Source: a virus (Duplodnaviria > Caudoviricetes). Taken from it: 28,375 nt of DNA. Each line of letters starts with the position of its first letter. Within the stretch, counting starts at the first letter, position 1. The notes beneath the pieces are model-generated. The model did not search any database, was not told the DNA's origin, and saw only the letters and a list, made by a program, of their open reading frames with translations. A program made the position numbers and the translations under genes. Below, piece after piece: positions 1 to 9,307 of the stretch. The stretch is taken from the IMG/VR virus record IMGVR_UViG_3300031857_001042, positions 1-28,375 of that record; one strand, written 5' to 3'.

Positions 1-1872
1 GACCCTGCCAACCTAAATCCCGGGATCTTGCAATCGAGCTTTAACGTCCGTTTGCAGCGCGGGATTGCTCAACCTCGCAAGGGAACTAAGCGTCTTACCG
101 AGACGGAACTGATCGGACTGACGATGGTTGGCTCGGGCCTGTACGTTGACGCCGACGGTCATGACAACATCGTAATGGTCTTTACAGACCGCATGTATTT
201 GTACAAGCCAGCTCAGGGGCTGGATGTCGAGGACTTGATTGGGCCGTACATGTTCCCCGCTGATCGCACCATAGACGTTGGCGGCATCTGCGACGTAGTC
301 ACGGCACTCAACAAGATCTACATTTTCCGTGGGAAGTACGACAAGACAACGTTTGTTGCAACCGAGTCAAACTCGGACATCCTCGACGGCGACACTGGAA
401 CGATCACAATCACAACGGTCCTTCCGCATGGTTACGCCACAGGCGACGAGGTCACCATTGGGCGCACAGACGGCTCAGACACGGCGGGACAGGATGTCAC
501 TGGCAGCTATGTTATTGCGGTGACCGGCACGAACAGCTTTACATTCCAGTACACGAACAACACTGGCGTCACTTATGCCGCTCGGCCCACACAGACAGGC
601 TGGACGGCTCGCCGTGGGTTGCCCCCGTTGATATGGGAGGACGGTCTAGCAGCGGTTGCGTTTGCACAGCAGAAGTTTGTTATCGACGGCACTACGGTCA
701 CGGGCATCACCCAGTCTGTACCCTGCGCTGACTTTGGATTGTACTTTCAGAACAGGCTTATCCTTAAGTTCGGCGACTACCAGATGCTGGTAAGTGACAT
801 CTTGAGTGAGCAGTGCGATACGACGCTCAACAACTTTGTTATCAATACCGGCGGGAACGACTCGATTGTAGGCGTGCTGCCGTGGGTGCAGGACCAGTTC
901 TTGGTCTTTATGACCAACAGCATCTACGTTGTTTACGTCGAGACAGACAACTTTGCCGCTGACTCGCCTCCAGGGGCGCAGAGCAGCACGACAGTAGTAA
1001 CGACCGAGATTGGCTGCTTGGCTAGACGGTCTATTGTAGCAGCCGGTCAGTTCGTGTTCTTCCTTTCGGCCAACGGCGTCCACATGCTGACGCCACAGCT
1101 TGACCTCAAGCTACTAGGTAACACGCTGCCGCTGAGCGAGCCGATTGCAGATTTCTTTGACACCGTCAACTTCGATGCCGTTCAAAACTCGGTGGCTACC
1201 TACTATAACAATCGCTTCTACATTGCCATGCCTACTGGCAGCGCAACTAGGAATGACAAGATCTTGGTCTACAACACGCTGAACCAAGCATGGGAGTCGA
1301 TTGACTATTATCCGACTGGATTGTTCTCAGATAACTTGATCCTCTCAGCATATATCAATCAACGCCGGTTGATGATCATTACCAACTTTGCTGGAGCAGG
1401 CCAATACGGCGGCGTGTTCCTTTCGGAGGAGCAGGTCGAGGGTGACGAGTTTAACACGTCCAACGCACTGCCAGTGCTACCATTCAACCTGTTCCCGCAA
1501 TCGTCTCAGATCACGCCATCGACGCTGATCCCTAGCACCCAAAACTTCGTTCACATTCCGGCTTCTGTAAAGACTCGGGAATACACGTTTGGCGGTACTT
1601 CCGAGAAGCGGTACAGCAGGGGCGAGTTTAGTTTCAACAACGTGCAGAACGACTTTGTGCGTATTGACGCGACCACTTACGACCCGGATGCGACCGAAAC
1701 GGTGCTTGAGTACAGCTTTAGCGGCACAACCGACGGGACGCTACGCCCACGAATAGCAGCTCGGGGAACGTCAATTGCGTGTACCATAAGTTTCGTTATT
1801 GGAAGACCATCCTTGAAAAGTACGGCTGTTTATGCTATAGCCGCTAGTAGACCAATGATTTCGCAGGAGTAA
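1..1872 (+). CDS. Tail tubular/stabilization protein (T7 gp12/P22 gp10-like position), 5'-truncated by the window edge
   Basis: Frame 1 is open from base 1 to TAA at 1870-1872. The product is beta-rich with repeated propeller-like segments (e.g. EIGCLARRSIVAAGQFVFFLSANGVHML, ILVYNTLNQAW) and lies directly upstream of a tail-collar gene and ejection proteins. Confidence 0.65.
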   Translation, partial: DPANLNPGILQSSFNVRLQRGIAQPRKGTKRLTETELIGLTMVGSGLYVDADGHDNIVMVFTDRMYLYKPAQGLDVEDLIGPYMFPADRTIDVGGICDVVTALNKIYIFRGKYDKTTFVATESNSDILDGDTGTITITTVLPHGYATGDEVTIGRTDGSDTAGQDVTGSYVIAVTGTNSFTFQYTNNTGVTYAARPTQTGWTARRGLPPLIWEDGLAAVAFAQQKFVIDGTTVTGITQSVPCADFGLYFQNRLILKFGDYQMLVSDILSEQCDTTLNNFVINTGGNDSIVGVLPWVQDQFLVFMTNSIYVVYVETDNFAADSPPGAQSSTTVVTTEIGCLARRSIVAAGQFVFFLSANGVHMLTPQLDLKLLGNTLPLSEPIADFFDTVNFDAVQNSVATYYNNRFYIAMPTGSATRNDKILVYNTLNQAWESIDYYPTGLFSDNLILSAYINQRRLMIITNFAGAGQYGGVFLSEEQVEGDEFNTSNALPVLPFNLFPQSSQITPSTLIPSTQNFVHIPASVKTREYTFGGTSEKRYSRGEFSFNNVQNDFVRIDATTYDPDATETVLEYSFSGTTDGTLRPRIAARGTSIACTISFVIGRPSLKSTAVYAIAASRPMISQE

Positions 1873-1875
1873 TTT

Positions 1876-2637
1876 ATGCCCGGCCAACAAATCCAAAAAG
1901 GAACGACCTACGTCAACTATCCGACAGTTGGCGCTTCGCAGGTGACTGCCGAGAACCTAAACGACCATGTCGATAACGCTATTTTGTTGCCTGGCGCAAT
2001 CTCGGCACAGACAAGCGGCACGCCTGAAGAGGGTGACTATATCATCGCTGAACGCACAGGGGCGCTCTTTAAGTATACCATTCAGAGTGTTAAGGAGCTT
2101 TTTGCAACCATCGTAAACGGGTTCTTGCCCACTTCTGGCGGCACCATGACAGGTGCGCTTATCCTTAACAACAGCAACCCCGCCACGGCGGCTACAGCGG
2201 CCAGTAAGGGGTACGTTGACGCTACAGCAGCAGCCACAGTGCTCTCTGGGGCAATTGTCATGTGGGGCACGTCTGTGCCTCCTGCTGGGTGGATTGAATG
2301 CAACGGTCAGTCTACGGCTGGCTACCCCAACCTAATCGAGTTATTTGGCACCAATGTTCCCGATTTACGAGGTGAGTTTGTCCGTGGATGGGATAGCATT
2401 CCAGCTAGAAATGTAGATCCGGGCCGCGTAATCAGATCTGCTCAAGCGCAGGACGTTCAACCACACACGCACACTTATCAAAAAGCAAGTTTGCAATTTG
2501 TGACATCAGGTAGCGGTTTATCAACAACGTCAACCTCAAGTCCATCTATAATATATAGCGTTGCGGCAACAAGCTCCACCGGCACAGCCGAAACCCGTCC
2601 ACGCAATGTGGCGCTTATGTTTATTGTTAAGACCTAA
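1876..2637 (+). CDS. Tail fiber protein with phage tail-collar domain
   Basis: Collar motif GAIVMWGTSVPPAGWIECNGQ...YPNL...PDLRGEFVRGWD, plus HTHT and C-terminal ETRPRNVALMFIVK; FLPTSGGTMTGAL is a fiber repeat. Confidence 0.9.
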   Translation: MPGQQIQKGTTYVNYPTVGASQVTAENLNDHVDNAILLPGAISAQTSGTPEEGDYIIAERTGALFKYTIQSVKELFATIVNGFLPTSGGTMTGALILNNSNPATAATAASKGYVDATAAATVLSGAIVMWGTSVPPAGWIECNGQSTAGYPNLIELFGTNVPDLRGEFVRGWDSIPARNVDPGRVIRSAQAQDVQPHTHTYQKASLQFVTSGSGLSTTSTSSPSIIYSVAATSSTGTAETRPRNVALMFIVKT

Positions 2638-3110
2638 TGACCATCCAAGAATGGGAACAACTTGTCGATACGTTATATGAACAATGCCGAAACCATTTAC
2701 AGCTTCTGGGACAGGTATCCAGAGATGACGTTGATGGTTATCTTAGTTTTTATGGCGTCCATAACAGTGTTTATTTCTATAAGCGCAACGGCGTTATTAC
2801 AGGCATTTCAACGGGCCATCCAGGAGTCAGTGACTTTAATTGGAAATGGCGAAGACGAAACGGCATCTGGACGATTCACTTGGCATGGGCCAGTGAGCCA
2901 GAAGCTGTACCAGACATGTTTAACCAGTTTTTTCAAAGAGAACCCTTAATTACTCAGATTTGGGCATGGAGATGCGACCATGCTGTTCCAATCACTGCAA
3001 CAAAACTAGAAAGACTTTTATATGGGAGGAGGAAAATCAGCAGCCCCGGCACCACCGCCAGCTCCGAATTATCAGGAGTCGATGCGGTCGATTCTACAAG
3101 CGCAAATTGA
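2637..3110 (+). CDS. Hypothetical protein, possibly GNAT-fold virion assembly protein (T7 gp13/P22 gp14-like position)
   Basis: Translationally coupled (TAATG) to the fiber gene and placed between tail and ejection genes. The fold assignment is positional inference only. Confidence 0.5.
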   Translation: MTIQEWEQLVDTLYEQCRNHLQLLGQVSRDDVDGYLSFYGVHNSVYFYKRNGVITGISTGHPGVSDFNWKWRRRNGIWTIHLAWASEPEAVPDMFNQFFQREPLITQIWAWRCDHAVPITATKLERLLYGRRKISSPGTTASSELSGVDAVDSTSAN

Positions 3111-3897
3111 TCTGGCTCCACAAGTGTATGCTCAAGAGGCTGCACTACAACCTAAGTATCAAGCCTTACAAGATCAGCTTGCCAAACAGGCTGCTGAAAG
3201 CCAGATTTCCCTGTACCGTGGACTTCAGCCTCAGTATTCGCAGCTAGAAGAAGCATACATGAAGGACCAGCAGGCGGCGCAATTGCGCGGCTTGCAGGAG
3301 CGTGCGCCAGGGTACGTTCAAGCGTTTCAAGAAGCTCAAGGTGTTGGTGGAATCAACCAAGCTCTCCAGCAGTACACCCAGCAAAAGCTCGCTGGATTAC
3401 AGGTTGACGGAACAAACATTTCACCGCAAGAACAACGCGCCATCGAGCAGCAGACCCGCGCAGGCTTTGCGGCTCGGGGAACGGCGCTTGGCGGACAGTC
3501 CAACCTTGCCGAGGTGCTCAACCGTTATAACGCTCGTCAGGCTCGGGAACAGCAGCTTGTCGCTCTTGGCACTGGCCTTGGCGGTTACTTTGCACAGCAG
3601 TCTGCGCCGGCACTTACGTCGTTCTATCAGCAACCGATGTACGCAGGTTCGTTTGGTGGACAGGCTGCACAGAACGCGATGATGGCGCAGCAGCAGGCTG
3701 GTCCGCAATACTTCAACCCAGAGTCACAGACTGGCATGGGGTCGATCTATGGTGCGTATAACTCACAAATGCAATACGCCGCTGGGATGGCTCAAGCTAA
3801 TGCGGCGAAGAGTGCTGGCAAGATGGGCATGATCGGTTCGCTTGGCGGTGCAGTCATTGGCGCGGGAGGCATGCTTGGTGGAGCAGCCATTTTATAA
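3022..3897 (+). CDS. Internal virion/DNA ejection (pilot) protein
   Basis: N-terminal MGGGKSAAPAPPPAPNY, Gln/Ala-rich helical body and Gly-rich hydrophobic C-terminus (GMIGSLGGAVIGAGGMLGGAAIL), as in podovirus ejection proteins. Confidence 0.7.
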   Translation: MGGGKSAAPAPPPAPNYQESMRSILQAQIDLAPQVYAQEAALQPKYQALQDQLAKQAAESQISLYRGLQPQYSQLEEAYMKDQQAAQLRGLQERAPGYVQAFQEAQGVGGINQALQQYTQQKLAGLQVDGTNISPQEQRAIEQQTRAGFAARGTALGGQSNLAEVLNRYNARQAREQQLVALGTGLGGYFAQQSAPALTSFYQQPMYAGSFGGQAAQNAMMAQQQAGPQYFNPESQTGMGSIYGAYNSQMQYAAGMAQANAAKSAGKMGMIGSLGGAVIGAGGMLGGAAIL

Positions 3898-4739
3898 TGA
3901 ACACTGCATCTGCCATAACCATAATCAACAAGGCGCTTAAACACGCCAAACGGCCTGCCGTGCTTTGGAGTGGAGGTAAAGACTCCACCGTGCTGTTGGA
4001 TCTGGCTCTAAAGATTCGACCAGACATAGAAGTCATCCACTTCAAACTGCCGTTTCTATCTCACAAGTATAAGCATCACCATGAAGTGCAAGAGGAGCTT
4101 AAGCTCACAGTCCACGACTGGGTGCCAATGTCGATTGCTTTAACTCACGGAAAGAACCGGATTGACGTTTGTGAAACATATTCGATTGGGACAGGAACAC
4201 TGAAGGTGATGAGGGGGACGGAGGTTGTGGATCTTACCAAACCGTGGGTATGCGGTAAGGAGTGGCTTAATCGTCCTAAGGCGCACATTGCAAGCAACTT
4301 TGATGTTTTGCTGTGCGGCCACAAGAGCAGTGATGAAGATCCACTTACTGGTGCAGTGCCGCTGATGCTAGACATGAAACTGCTGGAAATTGGCACCGAG
4401 ATGTGGTTTCCGCTGCGGGAATGGACTGACGCAGACATCTCGCTGTATATCACTTCAAACAACGTCAAGTACGACCAAAACAGGTACGACACCGATGTTG
4501 TGTCCAAGCCAGACAAGCACATGAACAGTGACTATGTTCATGCCTGTTTTCGGTGCATCGACCGCCGGGAATCCAAATTTGTGCATTGCCCAAAGCTACA
4601 GATCGACGTAGAGAACCTGCATGAGCATGTCCTCCACGAAGAGCCAAAGTTTGAATACTGCAACATGCGAACTGGATTGCCAAAAGTGCGGGGCGTGTTG
4701 CAGCCACAAGGCCAGTTGGCCGATTCTGCGAAAGGATAG
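3897..4739 (+). CDS. PAPS-reductase-family (adenine nucleotide alpha-hydrolase, PP-loop) protein
   Basis: PP-loop AVLWSGGKDSTVLLDL, G-H-K-S-S-D-E segment, FPLREWTDADISLYI motif and C-terminal CFRC...CPK cysteines; TAATG coupling to the upstream gene. Confidence 0.85.
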   Translation: MNTASAITIINKALKHAKRPAVLWSGGKDSTVLLDLALKIRPDIEVIHFKLPFLSHKYKHHHEVQEELKLTVHDWVPMSIALTHGKNRIDVCETYSIGTGTLKVMRGTEVVDLTKPWVCGKEWLNRPKAHIASNFDVLLCGHKSSDEDPLTGAVPLMLDMKLLEIGTEMWFPLREWTDADISLYITSNNVKYDQNRYDTDVVSKPDKHMNSDYVHACFRCIDRRESKFVHCPKLQIDVENLHEHVLHEEPKFEYCNMRTGLPKVRGVLQPQGQLADSAKG

Positions 4740-4953
4740 ATCAGATGCAGTCAATATCCCACCTGAGTTTATCCGAGATGATTTGCCACTGCTTAAGTGC
4801 GTTGGAACGCGCTGTGTGGCGTTATCTGGGGTTGTGGGGCAGGAAGTTTCGTGTACAATCTATGAACATAGGCCATTGGCCTGCAAGAAGTTTGAAAAGG
4901 GCAGTCCTCTCTGCCTAGAAGCTAGAACTAAATTTTATGGCAAAACCCCGTGA
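4621..4953 (+). CDS. YkgJ/UPF0153-family cysteine-cluster (Zn/Fe-S) protein
   Basis: CQKCGACC ... RCVALSG ... CTIYEHRPLACKKF ... C pattern. The start could be 4621 or 4627; the ORF overlaps the upstream gene. Confidence 0.85.
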   Translation: MSMSSTKSQSLNTATCELDCQKCGACCSHKASWPILRKDRSDAVNIPPEFIRDDLPLLKCVGTRCVALSGVVGQEVSCTIYEHRPLACKKFEKGSPLCLEARTKFYGKTP

Positions 4954-5596
4954 ACTTTTTAATACGCCAGCTCCTCAGGCGATGAGCATGATGGGGCAGG
5001 GAATTGCAGACGCTTACGCTAGAGCCGGGGAGATCGAGGGGAAGGGCATGATGGCAATGGGCCAGGGCATCGCGCAGGGGCTTACGAGTGCGGCGTCGTC
5101 AGTGGCCAGCTACATGAAAGAGGCGAAGCAGCTTGAATCGCAGAATAAGTCCTACGAGAACTTCCTTAACAATAAGGTTGGGCAATCAATGCTTGGATAC
5201 ACTCCAGAGCAGTCACAGCAGTTGATTGGTGAGGCAAGAAAGCTTTCGATGGATGGCGGCATCCGCGCCGGCAACGACTTCCTCAACTTGGCCGTTGGTG
5301 GAAGGCTACAGCAGCAGAATAAGTTGCAGTTGGTTAATGCGGCACATGGCCCCAAAAGAATGCCAACAAACCTTGGGTCTATAGAAAAAGGAATAGATGA
5401 TATTTTGAATTTGAGTGACGACGGTTTTTCGCCTCAACCAGTGACGCCACCACAGGCACAGCCACAATACGCAGCTCAAGATGCAACAACTCCAGCCATG
5501 ACTCTTTCTGAGTTTTTAAGGCAGCGCGGATGGAGGGGGCCAGGCGCAATACCACCTGCGCTAATGGCTGAATGGAATGCACTAACAGGTCAATAA
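4937..5596 (+). CDS. Probable internal virion/ejection protein
   Basis: Ala/Gly/Met-rich amphipathic N-terminus (GQGIAQGLTSAASSVASY); lies in the ejection cluster. Confidence 0.55.
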   Translation: MAKPRELFNTPAPQAMSMMGQGIADAYARAGEIEGKGMMAMGQGIAQGLTSAASSVASYMKEAKQLESQNKSYENFLNNKVGQSMLGYTPEQSQQLIGEARKLSMDGGIRAGNDFLNLAVGGRLQQQNKLQLVNAAHGPKRMPTNLGSIEKGIDDILNLSDDGFSPQPVTPPQAQPQYAAQDATTPAMTLSEFLRQRGWRGPGAIPPALMAEWNALTGQ

Positions 5597-5599
5597 CAT

Positions 5600-6937
5600 A
5601 TGGCTTTTCGAGATATTCTTCCAAACAGAATGCAGAGTGATATCGCTTATGGCGATTACATGAATGCAGAGGCTGACATCAACCGCTTGCAGGGGTTGAA
5701 TCAAAACCTTGCTGCTTATCGTGATGCCTTACAAGAGGCACAGAAAGCTAAGTTTGTTGCTGGCGAGCAATATCTTTCTGCAATAAATGCGTCGAGGGCT
5801 AATGCAGGCCAAGCTCCGTTTACTGGATGGCCAGAAGAAGCTATGGGCGGACGTAGGGTGCTGCCGGCAGTAGATCGCATGGGCTATCCGCTTACGCCTC
5901 AAGAGGAGGCTATGTACGCGCAGGCATCTCCGCGCCGTGTTGTTCCATTAACCCCGGCAGAAATGGCAACATCTCAGCCTGCTGTGCGTCCAGATGTTGT
6001 CGATACAAGCTACAGTGGTTCAGGCGCAGACTTTGACGCAGAAGAGCCAGTCCAAGCCGCCCCAAGGCGCGTTGTGGAATTAACTCCACAAGAACAAGCG
6101 GCAATCAAAGCTGAAGCAGCACAAAAACAAGCACAGGCACCTCAGTACCCAGAAGAGCAGTGGGAATTAACGCGGAGGTCATTGCAGGACCGTATCAGCA
6201 AAGCAAGTCAGTTAACCTATTCTGCAATTCAACAAAATCCAGATCAGTCTCAATTGCTGACAAATATGCTCAAAGACAAAGTTGAGCGGTTTAAGGATCA
6301 GCTTAAACCTTTTGAAGAAACTGCAAACTACAAAAAAGCGCAAGAGTTTGCATATTCTAATGACTTCACAAAAAAGTCAGAACTGATTGATGTTTTACAG
6401 CAAGAAATTAACAACGCAGAAAGGTACGCAAATCCACAAGAAAAATCTAGGTACTTGCTTGCTAATGCAGTCAAAGTTGTAAACAACATTATCTCTGCTG
6501 ATGCCGTAACTGGAACAGAGTTAATGTATAAATTTCCAGAGCTTTTGTCTTCTCCAGAATACGCAGCATTAATGGGAAAAGGAGAGTTTAACCCAACTAC
6601 ATTTCGCTCAAAGCTTGCTACCCAAGAAGGTTCTGTTGGGCTGTTAAAATCAATAGGAAATGCATTTTCAACTAATCCCGATTCGGCGATTAGAAAAATG
6701 AAAGACATTCACGATAGCGTTGCGGAAGCACACAACAAAGCAGCGCAAAAAAGAATTATAACGCCAACAAGCCCTAGAGTTGCCGCAAGCTGGGGAATTC
6801 AGCCAATTAAAACATTTGCAGCAATGGAAAAGGAAGAGTCTCAAACAAGGGGCGAACCAACTCCTTCAGTAAGCTCTGGCCCTAAGCGTATTCGTTTTGA
6901 GATGAAAGATGGCGCAATGGTGCCTATAAACCCTTAA
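5600..6937 (+). CDS. Probable internal virion/ejection protein
   Basis: 445-aa helical, Gln/Ala-rich ORF tightly packed between ejection-like genes, with internal PRRVVxLTPxE repeats. Confidence 0.55.
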   Translation: MAFRDILPNRMQSDIAYGDYMNAEADINRLQGLNQNLAAYRDALQEAQKAKFVAGEQYLSAINASRANAGQAPFTGWPEEAMGGRRVLPAVDRMGYPLTPQEEAMYAQASPRRVVPLTPAEMATSQPAVRPDVVDTSYSGSGADFDAEEPVQAAPRRVVELTPQEQAAIKAEAAQKQAQAPQYPEEQWELTRRSLQDRISKASQLTYSAIQQNPDQSQLLTNMLKDKVERFKDQLKPFEETANYKKAQEFAYSNDFTKKSELIDVLQQEINNAERYANPQEKSRYLLANAVKVVNNIISADAVTGTELMYKFPELLSSPEYAALMGKGEFNPTTFRSKLATQEGSVGLLKSIGNAFSTNPDSAIRKMKDIHDSVAEAHNKAAQKRIITPTSPRVAASWGIQPIKTFAAMEKEESQTRGEPTPSVSSGPKRIRFEMKDGAMVPINP

Positions 6938-6939
6938 TT

Positions 6940-9159
6940 ATGCCACAAGAAGCTGTACTACCTGACGGCACCATACTGGAGTTTCCAGACCAAGCGACTG
7001 CTGAGCAAATCACTCAGGCCGTAAACCAGTACGCTCAAAGCTCTCGTCAGCCTGTGGCTGCACAGGAGCCAACCAGTGAGACTGCCGATGTTGCTCGTGG
7101 ACTAGCTCGCGGCATGGGGCCAGTCGCCATGGGCGCTGCTGCTGGATTGCTTACTCCTATTCCCGGTGGTGCAGCAATGGGAGCAACTGCTGTTGCGGCA
7201 GGACAGCTTATTGGTGATCCGCTGGTGCTTGGGTTAAACCACTTCATGGGCACTAACCTAAGGACTCCTACGGAGCTTTTTGGCGAGCTGTTCACTCAGC
7301 TTGGCCTTGATCCTACTAGCACAGAAGCAGGCCGCATCGCGGAATCGGTTGGGAGCTCTGTGGCGTCTACAGCAGCTGGTATCGGCATTGGTCAACGACT
7401 TATGGGTGCTGCATCGGCAACCGCTCGTAAGATTGGCGCTGTGTTGGCAGAGAAGCCGCTGCAACAGCTTGCCGCTGCCGCTGCTGGTGGAGCTACGGCT
7501 GAAGGGGCAAGGTACCTTGCTGAGGAAATGGGCGCTGGCACAGGTGGGCAGATTTTGGCGGCTGCGGTTGGTGGCGTTGCCGGTGGCATGACTGGCAGCA
7601 AGCTTGCGGGCTTTAATCGAGGGCCACTTTCGACTCCAGCAGTTGCAGGCATGACTGCTGCGGAAACCGCACAGGCAGTAGCAGACGCTGAAGCGGCAGG
7701 AAGACTTGTTCGCACCTCGGATGTAATTCGGCCTGGTGGACCAATCTCTAAGCGGATGCAAGATATTCGCGAAGCTGTTGGTGGTAGAGAGGCGTTAGTT
7801 AAGCAAGCCGAACAAAACGCACAATTGGTTCAAGCTACACTTGGCAATTTTGGAGCAAGCGTTGGCGGCAGTGCAATCAATGATGTGGCCGCTAGTTTAA
7901 GAGAAACTAGAGCACTTGAAATCAAGACCAATAAAGATTTTGTTAAAAATATTCTTTCCTCTTTGGATAGCACCGGAATTCCTGTAGCAACTCCTAAGTC
8001 TATTGCCGCGATTGATGATGCAGTAAGCAAACTAAAAGGAATTAATCCTGTTGCTTATGAAAAAGTAATTTCGCAACTTGAGCAAACTAAGCTGCAAATC
8101 CAAAACAAAAACGCATCTCAAGTAAGCGGAAACTTGCGTCTTGTTGGAGACATGCTGGAAGATCCAGCATTAGCGGCTGTTAAAACTGATGCTGCTCCTT
8201 TAACAAAAAATGTTTATTCTGCAATGAGGGAGGACCTTGGCGATTTTATTGAAGCTCAAGGAATGGACAGAGCTGGATGGACCACCGCCAATAAAGTATT
8301 ACATGACGCCTATAACGAGCTGCAAAATTCTGCGCTTAAGGCCGCTTTAAATAAAGGAACCGTAACTCCAGAACTTGCTGGAAATTTACTGCTCAGCAAA
8401 AGAAAAAGTGAAGTTCAATTGCTGTACAGAAACCTTAACGATGCAGGGAAAGCCAACGCACGCGCAGCAATTCTCGAAGACATTGCAAGTAGGTCTTTAG
8501 ATGATAAAACAAAGCAACTTTCTACTGTGCAGTTTCTTGCAAATCTTGGCAGAGCAGAAAAACAAACTGGCGTGTTTTTTAAAGGCCCAGATAAAGATGT
8601 CCTTGATGCAGCAGTTCGCCACTTAAACCTTACTAAAAGGGCTGGTGAATTTAATTATGACCCAGCTACGGGGCAAAGAAATTTAATTCCCCTGCTTCTT
8701 GGTGGCGCTGGAGGCGCACTTGGATTTATTGGCTCAGTGGCTACGGCAATAGGAACTTATGGGTTTGGCCGCTTGTACGAAACTCCAAGCGTCCGTAAGT
8801 TACTGCTCCAGATGTCAAGGTTCAGCGCCGGGTCACCTGAAGAGTTTGCTATATCCAAGCGCATTACTCAAACAATGCAGTCTACGGCACAAGAACAGGC
8901 TATTAGCGACATCGAGCGTAAGAAGATGCCACTAGCATTCATGGATAAGGCGAGCAACCGTGAGGCTCTTGGCAACGGGTATGTACTGTCTGATGGCGTG
9001 AATGGCATGAAGATTGTCAGCCGAGATAAAGCATCGCACAAGCTGTTTGACGGCAGTGGTAGGTTGGTTGGCGTTTTTGCCACGGAACAAGAAGCTAAAG
9101 ACAAGGCAACCAAAGAAGTTGTCAGCAGAATTAAGCGAGAACTCAAGCAGGCCAAATAA
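6940..9159 (+). CDS. Large DNA ejection/transfer protein (P22 gp16/gp20-like)
   Basis: N-terminal LPDGTILEFPD motif, long Gly/Ala hydrophobic stretches, helical core and C-terminal hydrophobic segment LLLGGAGGALGFIGSVATAIG. Confidence 0.65.
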   Translation: MPQEAVLPDGTILEFPDQATAEQITQAVNQYAQSSRQPVAAQEPTSETADVARGLARGMGPVAMGAAAGLLTPIPGGAAMGATAVAAGQLIGDPLVLGLNHFMGTNLRTPTELFGELFTQLGLDPTSTEAGRIAESVGSSVASTAAGIGIGQRLMGAASATARKIGAVLAEKPLQQLAAAAAGGATAEGARYLAEEMGAGTGGQILAAAVGGVAGGMTGSKLAGFNRGPLSTPAVAGMTAAETAQAVADAEAAGRLVRTSDVIRPGGPISKRMQDIREAVGGREALVKQAEQNAQLVQATLGNFGASVGGSAINDVAASLRETRALEIKTNKDFVKNILSSLDSTGIPVATPKSIAAIDDAVSKLKGINPVAYEKVISQLEQTKLQIQNKNASQVSGNLRLVGDMLEDPALAAVKTDAAPLTKNVYSAMREDLGDFIEAQGMDRAGWTTANKVLHDAYNELQNSALKAALNKGTVTPELAGNLLLSKRKSEVQLLYRNLNDAGKANARAAILEDIASRSLDDKTKQLSTVQFLANLGRAEKQTGVFFKGPDKDVLDAAVRHLNLTKRAGEFNYDPATGQRNLIPLLLGGAGGALGFIGSVATAIGTYGFGRLYETPSVRKLLLQMSRFSAGSPEEFAISKRITQTMQSTAQEQAISDIERKKMPLAFMDKASNREALGNGYVLSDGVNGMKIVSRDKASHKLFDGSGRLVGVFATEQEAKDKATKEVVSRIKRELKQAK

Positions 9160-9163
9160 CACT

Positions 9164-9304
9164 ATGCCACTAAAGAAATCCGCAAGCGAAAAGGCGTTTG
9201 TCCAGAACATCAAGACTGAGATCAAGCACGGTAAGCCGCCTAAGCAGGCTGTAGCCATCGCATACTCCGTGCAGAAGGCTGCCGCTACTAAGCGCAAGAA
9301 ATAG
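9164..9304 (+). CDS. Small basic phage protein (MPLKK...KQAVAIA type)
   Basis: 46 aa MPLKKSASEKAFVQNIKTEIKHGKPPKQAVAIAYSVQKAAATKRKK. ATG at 9164 fills the gap exactly; I recall this motif from other phages. Confidence 0.75.
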   Translation: MPLKKSASEKAFVQNIKTEIKHGKPPKQAVAIAYSVQKAAATKRKK

Positions 9305-9307
9305 CCT

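Noticed and set aside
3897-4739. Gene symbol cysH / sulfate-assimilation auxiliary gene
   Set aside because: The C-terminal ECGLH catalytic motif is absent, so only family-level assignment is supported.
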